A stretch of 64,000 bases of DNA from Phoronis australis (taxonomy: Eukaryota > Animalia > Phoronida): contig NMRA01000307.1 in the NCBI GenBank assembly GCA_002633005.1, positions 210,688 through 274,687 on the forward strand. The letters run 5' to 3'. A model generated the notes under the pieces. It was not told the DNA's origin. It saw only the letters and a list, made by a program, of their open reading frames with translations, and did not search any database. Positions 24,142 to 38,239 of the stretch are shown here, in pieces. Position 1 is the first letter of the stretch, and every line of letters begins with the position of its first letter. Both the position numbers and the translations under genes were made by a program.

Positions 24142-25061
24142 CCTTAATTTAGCAATTATGAATGGGAGCATAAGACCAAATTTGTGAGTTATTAAGTCTT
24201 CAGGTCACTTTCATGGAACAGGTTCCTGAAGTCAGCTAGACTGCATGTACACAAAAGTTTTAAGTACAGTACAGTACAGTTCATGAATTGTCCAACAGCA
24301 GATGAGGAGATGGCACCCAGACATCTGGGGAGGAGGACTGCAAGGAATGACTAGCGGTCCAGTGAAGTTACTCATGCATTTTCTAGGGTAAACCCCCCCC
24401 TCGCCCTTTGTATGTCATCCTAACTGTTTCATTTGTAGGTTCTCTGTTTGTTAGTAAACAAAGGCAAGCTGCCTTCCCCAGTCTGTCTAGTATTGAATGC
24501 TATTACCATTGCATGTTCCCATTTCAGCTTGGTATGAACATGAGCAAGGTTTCATTCACTATGACAACCTAAAACTACTCTCTGTTGTTTGATGCATTAT
24601 TACTTTTTAATGTTTATTATGGAAAAGATAATGTACAATAAATAAAATTATGTCCAGAAATCGTCAAAAATCATTATATCTGGTATCTGTTTCAGGAACT
24701 TTGACTTAAAACTTTAGTTAGAAATATGGTCTTTCACATATGTTTCTGAAAAATAACATTAAATCTCCCTTGTACAAAAGTCTAAAATTTCTGAGGTTAT
24801 CCGCATAATCATTAGTTTGGCAGTGATAACTTCCGTAAATAATTTCTCAACTGTGATGCGTTTGTGATTACTTGGCTAAACTAGCAAATGTCAAGTGGAA
24901 GCGCAAGACCAAATTTCTGTCTTAAGTTACTTTCATGAAACAGACCCCATTATCAGAGGTTGCAGTGATGTCATTAATAGGTAAGTACTGAATCGTGTGT
25001 ATTATATGGTATCCAACATGTGCTTCACCTGACCTTGAAATGTACTTTATTGTATTTGCAG

Positions 25062-25144
25062 TTTCTTCTGACCAGGAACTGGAAGGAGATATGACACTAC
25101 GGGCGCAGCTTCGCAGGAAAAAGAAGCAAATTTGCAACAACTAA
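25062..25144 (+). CDS. EPS8: EPS8-like terminal coding exon VSSDQELEGDMTLRAQLRRKKKQICNN*
   Basis: tttgcag acceptor, phase 1 matches the previous exon, GC-richer coding-like stretch ending in TAA. Confidence 0.75.
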
Positions 25145-26370
25145 TAAGGTTTTGCTCAGCATTTTGACAAGCAGAATGCATTAACGATGAAATATGCCGT
25201 TGTCAATCTTTGAAAAATAGCTTAGAGCAGGGTTAACAAATTTTCCATCTCAAGTTTTGATGTCAAATGCACTCAATGCATAGATTTACCAGTGTTGAAC
25301 TGCTAACTTGTGCTCAGATCACAAAACAACAAATAATATACAGAACATTGCCTAGATCAAGACATTAATAATTGCTAGAAATCTTCTCTTATGTAATGTA
25401 AGCAGTGTCCCACAGTGCAACATTTCAACCTCCCTGACCTCTGTAGGTGGATGGGTGGAAGTTCCATAGTTTGTATATTTAATGGTCTAAACCAAATTCA
25501 AATGACAAAAACTTCAAATGTTCACTTTGTTTGAAATGATCAACATTCCTCTGCAGCTTTGAAAGTCTCCCGAGTTCCAACTGTTTTTTGTTTATTCAAA
25601 TGCATTTATTTTCCATACAATATTTAGCTATTTGTAAATTTATTTCGAAGTGGATGTCATTGTATGGGTATCATTTTCATTATGGGATTGTTGTGTGATA
25701 CATATTCATACTAATTTTGTGGTTCATTTTTAATCAAAATCTGACATGTACTGACATGGAATTCAAGTTTCCTTGTGTTTTGTTTTGACTTGTTTTTGTG
25801 GGACAATTGATTAACGTTTGACTTTTCTATTTAAAACTTGTTACTGATATATTATATTGTAAGCTAATTGAAAAATATTTGTACATTATGTTGTTTGATC
25901 TTAGTATAGATAGGGAGCAGACCCTTGTTCAAACAGATTTCATTAAACTGAAACACGACTATTAATCATTGTCAAGCTAGGTTTCTATTTGAGAAAGATA
26001 CCTAAAATTCTCAAGAGACTAGTCTCAAACAGATCTTGATTAGTCTCTATTGTTCTAGCTATATTTTCATTTGCCAAACTTGTGTATCTTGTACTTTTGT
26101 AACTAGACTACTCTTTACGAAGTACTTGAATCCAGTTTTTTGCTGCTTTTACGCATTTGCTCCTGTCATTGTTCTCTTTATGGACATGGTAATGCGACGT
26201 AATGGTATATATTTGCTAATATGTTTACTCTGTTTCGTCATTTTTCCAACTCTGGCGTTCCGAGAGATATACAGCTGAACTGTCTCCTCATGTTAAAGCG
26301 TTTTGTGATTAATCAGGTGAGGAGCAACAGGTCATTATTGCATATTGTTGCATACAACTTGAACTGAGTA

Positions 26371-26591
26371 GTGTGCACCCAGGGGGGGCCTTAGGGGGCT
26401 CAAATGAGCCCCGCAATTTGGCGAATTAGACAAAAAGTCCACAAAGTCCCGGGAATTCTGCGTGGATGCACAATTCGTAGGTCTGAACCTAGTGGACCGT
26501 TTTTTTTTAGTCCTCGTTGATTTCTGTCAGTGAAAGATCCGCATACCGAAAAATTGGAGCCTCCCTATATTTTAGGCTGGTTGCGTGCATG
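26371..26591. mobile_element. MITE related to 14321-14562, in the putative EPS8 3' UTR
   Basis: gtgcacccagggggg..gggggctca..acaaaaagtcca..aggctggttgcgtgcatg. Confidence 0.7.
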
Positions 26592-28998
26592 TTTAATCAA
26601 ATCTGTTTGATCTTAAAGTATTAAATTGCTATAAACTAGTCTTCTGTCAAAAATAACTTATGATTGGTCTCAACTTCAAGCTTAGTAAGATAAGAAGTGG
26701 TCTTTGCTGAAGGGGAAAACTGGCAATTCATTGCTTGAGAGCATGCCCGGCCAACAAGTTGCAGTGCGCCAAGTCTTTTTCATGCGTTGAAAGTATGGCC
26801 TGTGTACCCTTTTCTAGCATTCAGTATTACAGCCTATGTACCCCATCTAGTGTTGGTTCATGGAACCAGCCAATGTCATATTCCTTATGGCACATGTCAT
26901 CATGACTTGGCTATTTTGTCAAACCAACTTATTGAGCATGGTGTCATGACCTGAATTTTCTGTTTTTCCCACATCGGAGATCACTTCCTGGAACAAGTTG
27001 AGGCCATTTATATGACTTACAGTAAGTGGTATAAATCAGAAGGCAGTTCATTGGCAGTAAGGTTTATGACTAAGTGTTTAATTTTTGGATGATAGTAAGA
27101 TGATGACTGTATGTTAAACAGGATGATTGATTGTATGTTAAACAGACAAAGAGCCTATTCGAATATTAAAATTGATCAGACAAGTTAGCTATCATCAATA
27201 TAGATTTGTTGAGAAGTAGATTTTCCTAGGCATAAGTAGGTTAAATGTTCTTCAGTTAATGGTACGATGAAATTACAAACTTGCGCTTTGTCTATTTTCA
27301 GACTAGGCTTACTACCTCTACTCAGCATTTTGTGAAAAGTTATTTAGATACAAAACATGATGAAATTTACTGAAAATGATTTTGTTGATAAATGTAACCA
27401 CAAAATTTCACCTGTCCAGGATATTGTTCTATCAGTTTTACCAAGTGGCTACAAACCCAGCTTTCATCTCAAGAATCAACTTATATGATTTACACCATGC
27501 ACCATTTAGTAATTGTTCTCAAATTGTTCTTGTAGTCAAACTGCAGTTTATTTAAGGGCTTTCAAGGTATTGACAGTTGGTCATTTCTTCAGAGCAACTC
27601 TCATTTCTTGCCAGCCCAAAGATCACTTCATAACTGATGAGTAAGGAACACGACAGACCATAGCAGTACTGTTGTAATGGTAACTAGTCTGAATCCAAAC
27701 TTGTTGTTTGATAAGCACGGGCTTAGTGCCACTTGAACTTAGGAGATTGAATTGTCAATGCAATAATTTCTCGTTAAATTTTAATAGCATTTAAGTGAAA
27801 ACATTCCATTATTGTCTGAACAGTGTGTATCACGTTTTTTTTTTTTTTTTGATCAATTATATCTAATTTATAGTAACTGTGTTTACTCTACTGACAGTTT
27901 CGTTAATTTTACCATTCCAGTATCTCTAGTCCTTGAGTTTGTGTTGAGTACTAAATTTCGTGTTCACAGGGTTGAAAACATAAATATTGATCATCATCAG
28001 TGGTAGATCCAGGCTCCTTAGAAGGGAAATGGGAGGGACTTCAAATGTTGTTACACAGGGAGTATTATTACATACCTATGTAATACTATTAGGAAGGCTA
28101 ACTCGCCGTAACAAAACAAAGCCAAGAGTTCCACCCTAAAACAATGGTTTTCAGACAGCACTGCTTGTGGCTTTAAGTTTCTTTAAATGGATACTAAACC
28201 TTGTTCTGGGATTTCAACCAATCCTCGTTCTTTCCCCTTCAGCACCATTAGCAGCTCACTCGGGGGTTCAACTAAAAATAAACTCACTGTGTCGCAGAAT
28301 GGATAGTATTGTTCTTGGGTGGTCTTTTGCAACAGTTGTGTAGCTCACCTAAAGCTTAGGTTACACTTGCCTGTTTACAACACTAGGCAGTTTTCCAAAG
28401 TTTACACCAAACTTGAGGGTTGACGAGGTTACAGAGCATTGTCTCAACAGTGCTGGATGCAAAGTTGGTAACTTGTTATGAAGTCAAAACTAGATTCAGA
28501 ATCCTTTTTAAACATGCTACCTTCTGCATGTTAACTAAAATCTTGCTAATTTAGGAGACTATATGATGGAAAAGTGACTTTTTCATGAGTGCGAAGTAGC
28601 ACCAAGTCGCATTACATAACTACCGTCACTACACTTTTGAGGTATTGTAGGCATTCACAACAATGCTCAGTGTTATTGAAAAATGAAAATTTTATTGAAT
28701 TGGTGACATTTTGCCATGCCAGCTTTTATAGCGTCTCCAGAGGACAAACTAAACCAGTCATTACTCAGAACAAGAGACTGCTTTGCATAAGGTTCAGTTG
28801 CCACAAAGCCCTTCTGTGCGAGTGTCATGGAACCTGGATCCACCAAGGAACATCTATTACATGTTTTATCATGTCCATTGTAATGCTAGTTTGATAAAAT
28901 GCTAGTTTGATAAAAGATGTATTTCCTATTTCCGCGTGGTGCTTTCAGAAGTTATTTAATTAAAAATATATTCTATTAGTTTTGTTACTAATATATGA

Positions 28999-29004
28999 AA
29001 TAAA
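28999..29004 (+). terminator. probable distal polyadenylation signal of the EPS8-like gene
   Basis: AATAAA followed by T/GT-rich tract (ttttcttgttttgtgc) where strand skew flips. Confidence 0.5.
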
Positions 29005-29092
29005 GAGTTAACCCAGCTTTTCTTGTTTTGTGCTTCATTAAAAATGCCTGAATTTAATTGTTGATAAAAGACCAACATGAGTTTTACATCAA

Positions 29093-29098
29093 TTTATT
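29093..29098 (-). terminator. probable polyadenylation signal of the ABCG gene
   Basis: TTTATT on + (AATAAA on -) at the start of the A-rich region. Confidence 0.45.
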
Positions 29099-31702
29099 TA
29101 CAGTCCTAGGTAAAACACTAACATTCAGTGAAGAAAGGGTTTCCAATTAAACAATTATGCAGTGAAACAATATTAAATTCCAATGTGGCAGTACAGCATT
29201 AAATTTGAATGAGAAAATTAACTTATGATTAATACAAACAACCCAATATTTTTCCGTATACTGAGCTTAGTAGAACCAGCTACATATGTTGTGTTAATGA
29301 GAGAAACATAGTGGAACCCGTCAAATTAAATTGTTCTGTTTTGCACACAGTTTGGCATTAAAATTACACTTGCACAGATGTTTAAAAAATTTTAGCACAA
29401 TTTGGAGAACTGTGGAATTTTATTTTACCCAATTTCTTAACATAAACAATTAAAAAAGAAATTAACAAACTTGGGATCAAATTCAAGATACAGCCATCAT
29501 CAACCATAATTCTGTGCTGCTTTTTTACTGAGTTCGGAAAAGGACAAATTTCCAGAATGATCTTGGAGAAAATTTATCAAACTCATATTTTGTTCACACG
29601 TGCCATACATATTGTGTTAGAACTGTAAGATGTACATCATTTCTTTTCCGTAAAATGATTAAGACGGTAACCACTGGGTAGTGCGCATCAGATATAATCA
29701 TCAAGTCCTATGCCACTTTAAAGTGAGCAGTGAAACGTTAGAAACCATTGCTGAAACTGTAGGGCAGATGAGAGTGCAATAGAACTTAACACAAAGACTT
29801 AAAGTAACAACAAAATGGTGCAGTGCACAGGCTGATAAATTTGCCAATGATTAGCAACCATGTTACATTGAGTGTTGGTGCCTGTTATGGATACCAGGAA
29901 TAGATAAATCCAAAGGCCTGTGTGGCAGCGGAAGTGACATTCATGGTACACCAATACCTTAAAGGCTCTCTTCACAATTTTTATCGGGAGTATTTATGCT
30001 ACAAGTTTTCTTGTGAGCTGTTAACAACCTGTCCTTGAAACAGAGCAAAATACGATTTTTGCTAAATACCATTATGAAACTAGTCTCCACTTGTTTCTTC
30101 CTAGGTTTAAACGTTACAAGTTGTCTTGTGAATTAGAACTGTCAATTGACAAAACTGCCTTGACCTGGCAGGGGGGTGGGGGGTCAACTGATGTGTTGAG
30201 CACACCCTCAAAACCAGAAGTCACGTGTCGTCAAAAGGAACAAATTGAGACTAGTTTTAAAATTCTAAGTCATCAAGTTAATTTTGTCAGAAGGTGGATT
30301 AAGAGCACAGTTAATTTTCTTCCAAAAGGTTAGTCAAAATTAAGTTGGCTTCTTCTGGGTCAAAGGTTTTGATGGTTTCTGTTCTAGTTAAAATATGAAT
30401 GCACTCGAGTACAAAGATTATGATCTGCTTCCATACAAAATACAAGATCACAATTCATGACCTCAGCATTTATGTTACATAAACTACCAGTCAAAAGTAT
30501 TCACAAAATAACCATGAATTCCCAAATTCACAGTCAGAATAGTCTTCCCTCGTGACTGAGAAGGAATTTACAAGAAAGCTACTAAGGTGACTAAGCCATT
30601 GTGCAAATTAGAATTTTGGCCCCATAATAGTTATAAACAGCAATTTTTGCTGATGACAGGACTTTCCATCATGACTGGGAAACAGTATTTTGTCTGGCTT
30701 CTAAGTTTGAATGACAAGGTCATTATAATGTAAACCGTAATGTGCTCGAGCACAACAGAACAGTAAATATCAAAGTTAAGTTGATCATAGGTCCAAACTG
30801 TACACAAATCTAGCGCTAAGTTGATCATAGGCCCAAAATGTGGACAAATCTGAAACAACAAATTTAAGCGCCAGAAATCATTATGTCTAAAGATTTTATA
30901 AATTAATACATAAGGTAGTATATAAATATTAACAACAAAATAAGTTTCTCCTAAACAAATAACAATAATATTAATAATGTTGCATTGATAAGACTTGAAC
31001 ACCGCTCACATACAGTTGCAGTGAACAACGATTTGAATGTTATTACAGTTATCTAACACTGATCAAGGTTGAACACTAGTGCCCCCTATGGAAAATAAAT
31101 TCACATAACAAGACACTCACACAAACTCACAGTGCAGTGCATGTCTTAAACACTTCAATCAACCATCAGTACGTATTCTTTTTTACTTCATACACAGAAT
31201 ACTTAAAGCAAAGTTTCATTACTAATGCTGCTTTGTGAAAAACAAAAACTATAACAACAAAGCAACAAAATGCCAGAAGTGTACACTGTAAACCACTTGT
31301 GATTGTAGGTAAAAACACCAAAAATGCAGCTTCTTTTGAACATCTTTGATAAAACGCTACATACCAAGATGTGGCCATGTGACACTGATGACCCTTACTA
31401 CCACCTGGTGGTCAATGGACACTTGTACGCCACCCTGGGTGGCACACCTGTTGTGAGTACTTACGACATGGGCCCCAGACATAATTTCAACAATTGCACA
31501 GAAGTGAACTTGTGCCCCCCCCCTGTAGCTTGAAATGAACTTGTGACCCCCTGTTGCTAGATGGTAGTCAAGGTTACAACCAGATGTCTTGCCAAAATCT
31601 TGCATTGGTTTTTACTTATATCTGGCATCAAACATATTTTTAAGAAGAAATGTACCAGCAGGAAAATACTGCAGAGAACAGGCAACCAATGTTAAACATG
31701 AT

Positions 31703-31872
31703 TGAACATCTGAACACAGCACGGTCAATGACTGAAATTTGAACACAGCATGGTCAATATGAACATTTGAACACAGCACGGTTGATATGAACACTTGAAC
31801 ACAGCATGGTCAACATGAACATGTGAACACAGCACGGTCAATATGAACATTTGAACACAGCACGGTCAATAT
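31703..31872. repeat. 28-bp minisatellite, ~6 copies, in the putative ABCG 3' UTR
   Basis: unit tgaacacagcacggtcaatatgaacatt. Confidence 0.9.
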
Positions 31873-34294
31873 CCAGTGAACAACTCAGTTATGCTGGCAC
31901 AACAGCTGTTCGTTTTATATAGAAGTAAAATTTATGTACACAAAACAACTTTGTTTTCTCAACAGTACAACACTCAGGATAACAATTTTTTAAACTGTAC
32001 TTTTTATGAATATCACATGAATTACTAATGCTTATATCTGCAAGCCAGTTGCTATAAAACACATTGTATACAGTTCTATTGTCTTATCACTAAAAACAGT
32101 AGATGTTCTCTAAAGAACCAAATGCAATGTTAATCAACCAGTCCAACAAATGCACCAGAGAGTATTAATAGCTTAAGTTTTTTCTCAGTATTCTTCAGAG
32201 CCTGTGTTTTGCTTTAGTGAGATAAATAGGATGCATATTGAGTTTATGGGTGCGTCACCCTGGATACAATTTTGTTAAGTCGTAAAGCATAGAACTGTAG
32301 ATTCTGAAATAAAAACTCCCAAGTTTAATTTCTGGATTATCTTCATGCATTTTCCATTGACATAAGTGCCAAAAAAGATTAATTCATTTGCAAAAACTGT
32401 CATTTTACAATTTTTCAAAGGCTGACAACCCTGCTGCTGATGAAAGAAACTTTACCACACATTGTTTCGATGTACCAAAGGGTTGGACATAACGCTGAGC
32501 ACTCATGGCATTTAAGAACATTTTGGGTGCGTGTTTCTCCAAACGATCCAATGAGTTGAATTAATTTCAGTAAGTTCATAGCAAGAATAAAATCAAAAAA
32601 AATATGCAGTACCCTGTCTGTTCACTACTGCAGTACAGTGACATATGAATTCTCCAGAACTTTGTGCTTTGAAACAAAAATAATAAAGCTAGGCTGCAAT
32701 AAGTGTGGTCCCGCGAGGCATGATTCAAAAATCTTGGTAAGCATGTTTAACCAAAAATCGCGTGAAAAAAATATTCGTTTTTGGGCTACGTGTATAGTGT
32801 ATGCGAGTGTGATTTTCAAACGTTTTGAACAATTAGTTGTACTTTCTTTGCACATAGCCACTGGGTCAGGACATATGTCATGACATGGCAGCCCATAAGG
32901 GTAATAAAATGTCTTCAAGGAAAATTCCAGATTCTGCAATTACCATCTTGCGTTAAGGTCACTTTGACATGTTTTCACTTTGACTCGGTAAAGTATATTT
33001 TGCTACCACAAGACACTCCGCTGCCGCTTTTTTTTTGACGACTGTTCTTGGACATGGATACCAAGACTTCTGGGTCATAGCCCTCCCAGGAAAAGGGTGG
33101 ACATATAACATACCATAGACATTAAAAACAAAATACATAACTTGACGAGGTATTTAGTCAGACGTGGGCATAAACCAGGATGACCACGGTATCATAAAAT
33201 TTTTAGACTCTGTGAGAATATGCCTTCATACAATGAACACAATGAGTAAAAAACACCTGTCCACCTACAGAATGTGGTGAATACTTTTCTCTCTCTAAAT
33301 ATCATCAAAAGACAAGAGATCAATATAAAACTACGACGTACTTTCACAACTCTTATCAATGGCAGTGTTCAGTAGCAGAAACAAGCCTTGCAAACAGCAG
33401 CCCAACTCCTTCAGTCTGTGAGATACTAAAGGCAAGTGTAAAGTTTGGCATTCTGTCAACGGTTTGCAGCTCACACTACGACTGATTCAGTAATACAACT
33501 TCAGGTGACAACTTACTCTGATCGTTCGACATTTCTTCATAATATTTTCATAAAGTTGATGTTTGTAATGCTCACTGCAAAACATAAATAGAACTCATAA
33601 CCAATTAAATAAATTAACAGATTATGAATGAAAGTGAGGGTTGTGATTAATCAATTATGTAGTGAGTCAATTGGTTTCATGAAAGAGGCTTAAGACTTAA
33701 GATAGAAACTTAGTCTTGCACTTCCACTTTGTAATTACTGAAAAAGGCCTAGTGAAGTAATTGGCACATCACAGCCCAGAAATAATTTATAGAAATGTTC
33801 TCAATAATTAGCAGTTATGCACTTTGCTCAAGAAATGTTGAATTTCTTCAGGAATAGTTGTGTCTCAAGCCACTTTTCATGAAACGGGCACCAGGTGTCA
33901 CTGACCAAAGTCATCAGACAACAGGCAACATACGGATTACAACTACTGCGTCACTACCCAGGCTACTGCTAAGGAACACTAACATCATTTCAGACTCAAG
34001 ACCTGAGCACAATTAAGGACACAAGATGCAATTTATGCCACACTTAGAGTCAATGAGTGAACTCGAGATATAAATTCAGGCTTCACTTGTGAGAGCCCAC
34101 AGCTCACACTGTTCCACTATTGTAGCTTCCTGCACCAATTACATCCGAACAGAGCCAAGACATTTGGATGACAGCAAGGTTCTGCCAGTATATGTCATGT
34201 GTCAGGCGACCTCTAGATGACTGAGCGTTACATGATTGACAAAAATGGTGACCTGTATAAGATGTATTCCACGTTGTGTGACATGCATACCTCA

Positions 34295-34520
34295 TCATTT
34301 CTTGTACTTTATTCGCCACATCAAAACAAAGTAGCAAGCCAGACGCAGTAAGATGAAGAAGCCACATAGGACAATGAAGTCAATGTAAAAATGAGCCTTA
34401 TCCACATCTAATTCCTTGAGCACATCTTCGGATTTTTCAAAAAGGCAGTGGTCCTCGTTACAGTCGAGTGGCTTGCGATCGAAACCATAGATGGCCTGCA
34501 GTACACCTTCAAATGAGTAC
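34295..34520 (-). CDS. ABCG1: ABCG last coding exon YSFEGVLQAIYG...LRLACYFVLMWRIKYKK*
   Basis: attcag acceptor, phase 2, ends TGA TGA. Confidence 0.94.
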
Positions 34521-35429
34521 CTGAATCAATAGACAAACATAAAGGGTTATTTAAAACTATTTCAGGATTCATAGGAGACATAGAAAACCTCCTAAAATCG
34601 CTTTGTTGTGGTGATGTAATAGCATCATTTCTCAAATGTATTAATCCACTATATGACACACTGAAATGTGGCGTTAATATATATAGGATTGAGGTATAAA
34701 TATATCAATACATTTCAAAGCTTAACCTATTACCGTATATAGTGGAATGCTTCACTCATTCTTAAATTCACTTACAAACTATGTTGAGCTGTCAAAAAAC
34801 TAAGTTCCTTCACAGATGTATTTGATCTTTTAAAACAGGGTCATTCCAATCCTTTCTTTGTTTGAACCCAAACTGGTTACAACAATTAACACCAAGGTTC
34901 CGCTTTACAACTTGGATAACTGAAAGTGACCCGCTGTTACAAGCAATTTTAACCACCCTGGTCTGGAGCAATAACAGGTTGTTATAATTTCTTCTCCTAA
35001 CCTGAATACAGAACAAGATAGAACAAGATGAGACAAGATTTTATGACATGATAAGCGGCATAAATCAAGAGTTGGTTTTTGATAGCAGGGTTTGGGCAGG
35101 CACAAGTTTATTGAACAGTCAAGCTCAAAACAGACTTGCAGACATGCACCTACAAATGGCCATAATAACTTGAGTCTTCCATGGGCATCAGTAAAATTTG
35201 GTCGATATTAAAAACCGCTGGTATAAAATATAAAATACAAAATCTAATTCTCACTACTCCACGAACATGCTTAGCTACATTGTACAATGGTGGACACTGA
35301 TTGCCATATTGGATCTTTTTTCATGAAATAGAGCAACATTGATACCTTATCTAAATGCCATCTGTTGGTGGAATGTATAACGACTCGATCCCTTTTGCCT
35401 TATTAATAGACTACAAGAGTCATACTTAC

Positions 35430-35548
35430 CTGACGTATGAGGCATAAGACAACCACTGAAGATAAGGAGGCATTGTTCCAAAGTTGACAAAGAAGCCACT
35501 GAACAGAAGAATAGGTATGGCCGTCACAGGCCCTAGGAATACTGCAAC
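35430..35548 (-). CDS. ABCG1: ABCG exon [23 protein letters not shown]...WLSYASYVR
   Basis: gttgcag/gtaagt, phase 0 to 2. Confidence 0.94.
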
Positions 35549-36403
35549 CTGCAACAATAAGCAAATGTTTTTACAGCACGATCAGCACAAGATTGACAAT
35601 ACGCTTACATACAGCTTAGCTCTGCCATTGGGAAGATATTACTATGACATGGACAGGGGAGCATCAGGTGAAAGATGGGGGGGGGTATTATCATCTCATT
35701 AAAATTTATTACCCCCGTCTCAGATTACTAAATAGTTCAGTGTGTCTGAGTGGTGAACCACAAGCATGGGTCTCACAAGGCGCCATCTGTAGTAGACGGC
35801 CTCAATTACTGCTTTAACAACTGCATATTTATTTCCACAAATTCCTCATCATTGGCCATTTTCACTTGTTCAAACTGTTGCTAAGGTTGAATTTCAATTT
35901 AAAATTCAAAAAAACCATCAATTTTGTCACTGTTTTGCATAGTTTTGACAATTTACAACATGGGCAATATTACAACCAAGTGATTATGTAACTGCAGTTA
36001 GTAATTGAGCATGCTGAACACAAACAGTTCCAGTGATGCTAATTAACCTCTTCTGCCGATAATAGGAACCCATTGTCAGTTGTAAGGCCTCATGGACTGT
36101 TGTGGCCATGAAAATGTTGCTTCCTCACACGGAAAAAAAAAACTACAACTCTGTGACTAGAAACTAAAATACAAGTCATCTGACTGAAATTATAACATTT
36201 GAAGAACAGTAATATAAACAGACTGTGGTGGCAAATGGTAATTCAACAATACAATAACGTTAGCTTAAGACAAAGGAGACTATACTCAAGAAAGGGTTTG
36301 ATGATAATTAACACGTGATCCAGCACAATCACAAGGCATCGGTGATAGAACTCTAGGATGCAAATGCACATGAATGTGTCGCCACGACAACTAAAGAACG
36401 TAC

Positions 36404-36559
36404 CTGAAGCGAAGTAGCCGCTCCAATGAGGAGCCCCAAAGACTGTGAGACCAGCGAAGTCTGTGTTGATAGAGTCAAGTACATGACAAAACGCAGGAAA
36501 TCATTGGGTTGGTTAGTCATCCAGTAAACTATACTGCCATAGACCAGTGGGAAAAAGAT
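36404..36559 (-). CDS. ABCG1: ABCG exon [18 protein letters not shown]...[13 protein letters not shown]
   Basis: ttttcag/gtacgt, phase 0 to 0. Confidence 0.94.
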
Positions 36560-37778
36560 CTGAAAATAACGTAGCATCAGCATTGTTTTACAATCCTCAC
36601 AGTCACTAGTCAAGTTAATTAATGAACAATATGAGCTGAGAACACGCACCAAATAAAAATTCTTTTACAAAAAAGCGCTAAAAATGACACTTTTCCATTT
36701 TAAAAGCTTACTACATTTTTGTGTGAGGATAACAAAGTAAAGTTTGTTTAAGAGTTATACAACAAATGTTTTATTTGTCGAAATTTTGACAAAAAATTAA
36801 ATTTCAATTGTTTGCAAAAGTGCGTGCAAATCTTACGCATGATTATAGCAACAACCAGCACAATAAAATGTTTTTAGTCGACTCATTAGTGAAAACTGTC
36901 AACATGCGATTCATTATCACCATTGTCTTCAGAGATTTCATTATTGAGAACACCCATAAATAGTCTTAATATACTTCATCACTTCGTCAGTCTTAAATTT
37001 GATTCTTTGCTAATTATCATCTTACAAATAATTATATTCTAACCAACATACTCTGTTCATGTCCTTCATTGAGGAGCTGGCACTCAATTCCAGTAAATGT
37101 GACTCAGCACCACAATAAACAGAATACAACAATAAATGTGACTGAGCACAATACTAAACTGAATTAGAATTAGAGAAAAATAAAGTTCTGCACCGGAGGT
37201 TAATCTAAATATACCAGGTTGAAACGAATTAAAGGACTCCGCGCATCACAGAGTAAAACATTACCAATTTCAGAAAAAAGTAATATTGTCAAAACTGCTT
37301 TCCCGTTTTTCAACACCTCTTAACATTGCTGTGAATAGCCATTTTTTTTTTCAAAATATTGTCTGTTGGTTACAATGGTAACAGCATTTGAACAAGGCAG
37401 AATATTATTTTGGTGCAATGTGTATTTTATGAAAAAAATGAGAAATAAACATTCACTTGTTCGTCATCTTTTGTCCAAACTTGTCAACATTTCACCACAT
37501 ATCAATCAACCAATCAATTAATATAGGTACTGCATGGGCATTATATCAAAGGTCTTAGTTAAACAATAATAACTTTGACTTTAATTTGCAAAGTCCGTTA
37601 ATGGGGCTCGTCAAGGCAGTCATTGAAACAAACATCATCAATTTTGCATCAGTTGCAAATTTCAATCATGTAGAAGATGCTGTGTCACATTCACAACAAC
37701 ATGCCTACCCCCCCACTANGGACGTGCAACCTTGATCAAATGGGTCTCAGGTGGCTCAGAGAACCACATGTCAATCAC

Positions 37779-37879
37779 CTGAAAGGGGAGGTCTGCCATA
37801 GTCTTTGCCCAATAATAAGCCTTCAGACTGTACCAGTAATTCAGGTGCTCCCGTATGAATACTGCCATTTCCATGGGGA
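37779..37879 (-). CDS. ABCG1: ABCG exon [34 protein letters not shown]
   Basis: tttcag/gtgatt, phase 1 to 0; motif typical of ABCG1/4. Confidence 0.95.
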
Positions 37880-38239
37880 CTGAAATTATAACAAAAAAGC
37901 AAACAGTTAAGTTGGCCCATTTTGATAAGTCTGTAAATTTACCCAGACATTTACAGAATTTTAATCAATAAAAGTATATGATTTCTGAACGCAGATAGCC
38001 TGTAGAACTTGATTTTTACACCAATCTGTCATGTGACCATGCCTTTTTAGCAACATCTAGCACTAAAGAAAACACATTTTATAGCACAAAGTAGTATCCA
38101 AGACAATGACCAAATTTATTTTGATATTAACTTTCAAGATGAAGTCTCAACAATGACAACACACTTTATCATGTTTGTTCAGATTAGAATGATTTCTAGG
38201 CCTGACAAAAATTGCTATTGCCTCAAGAGTTGTTTTTCA

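Larger units (their letters stand above)
2178..25144 (+). other. EPS8: EPS8-family gene (EGFR kinase substrate 8-like), 5'-partial; span of coding exons in window
   Basis: 14 GT-AG exons join in consistent phase into one ORF with EPS8 hallmarks: [42 protein letters not shown]3 (..RNWWKLRN..), SAM-like region (VKEWLGSKGFS..GRDMFELS), SELRAILEKRK. Confidence 0.93.

Noticed and set aside
22666-38180. Shared ~120-bp sequence at ~22670-22790 and ~38070-38180
   Set aside because: Ordinary decayed dispersed-repeat copies with no defined ends or further signal.
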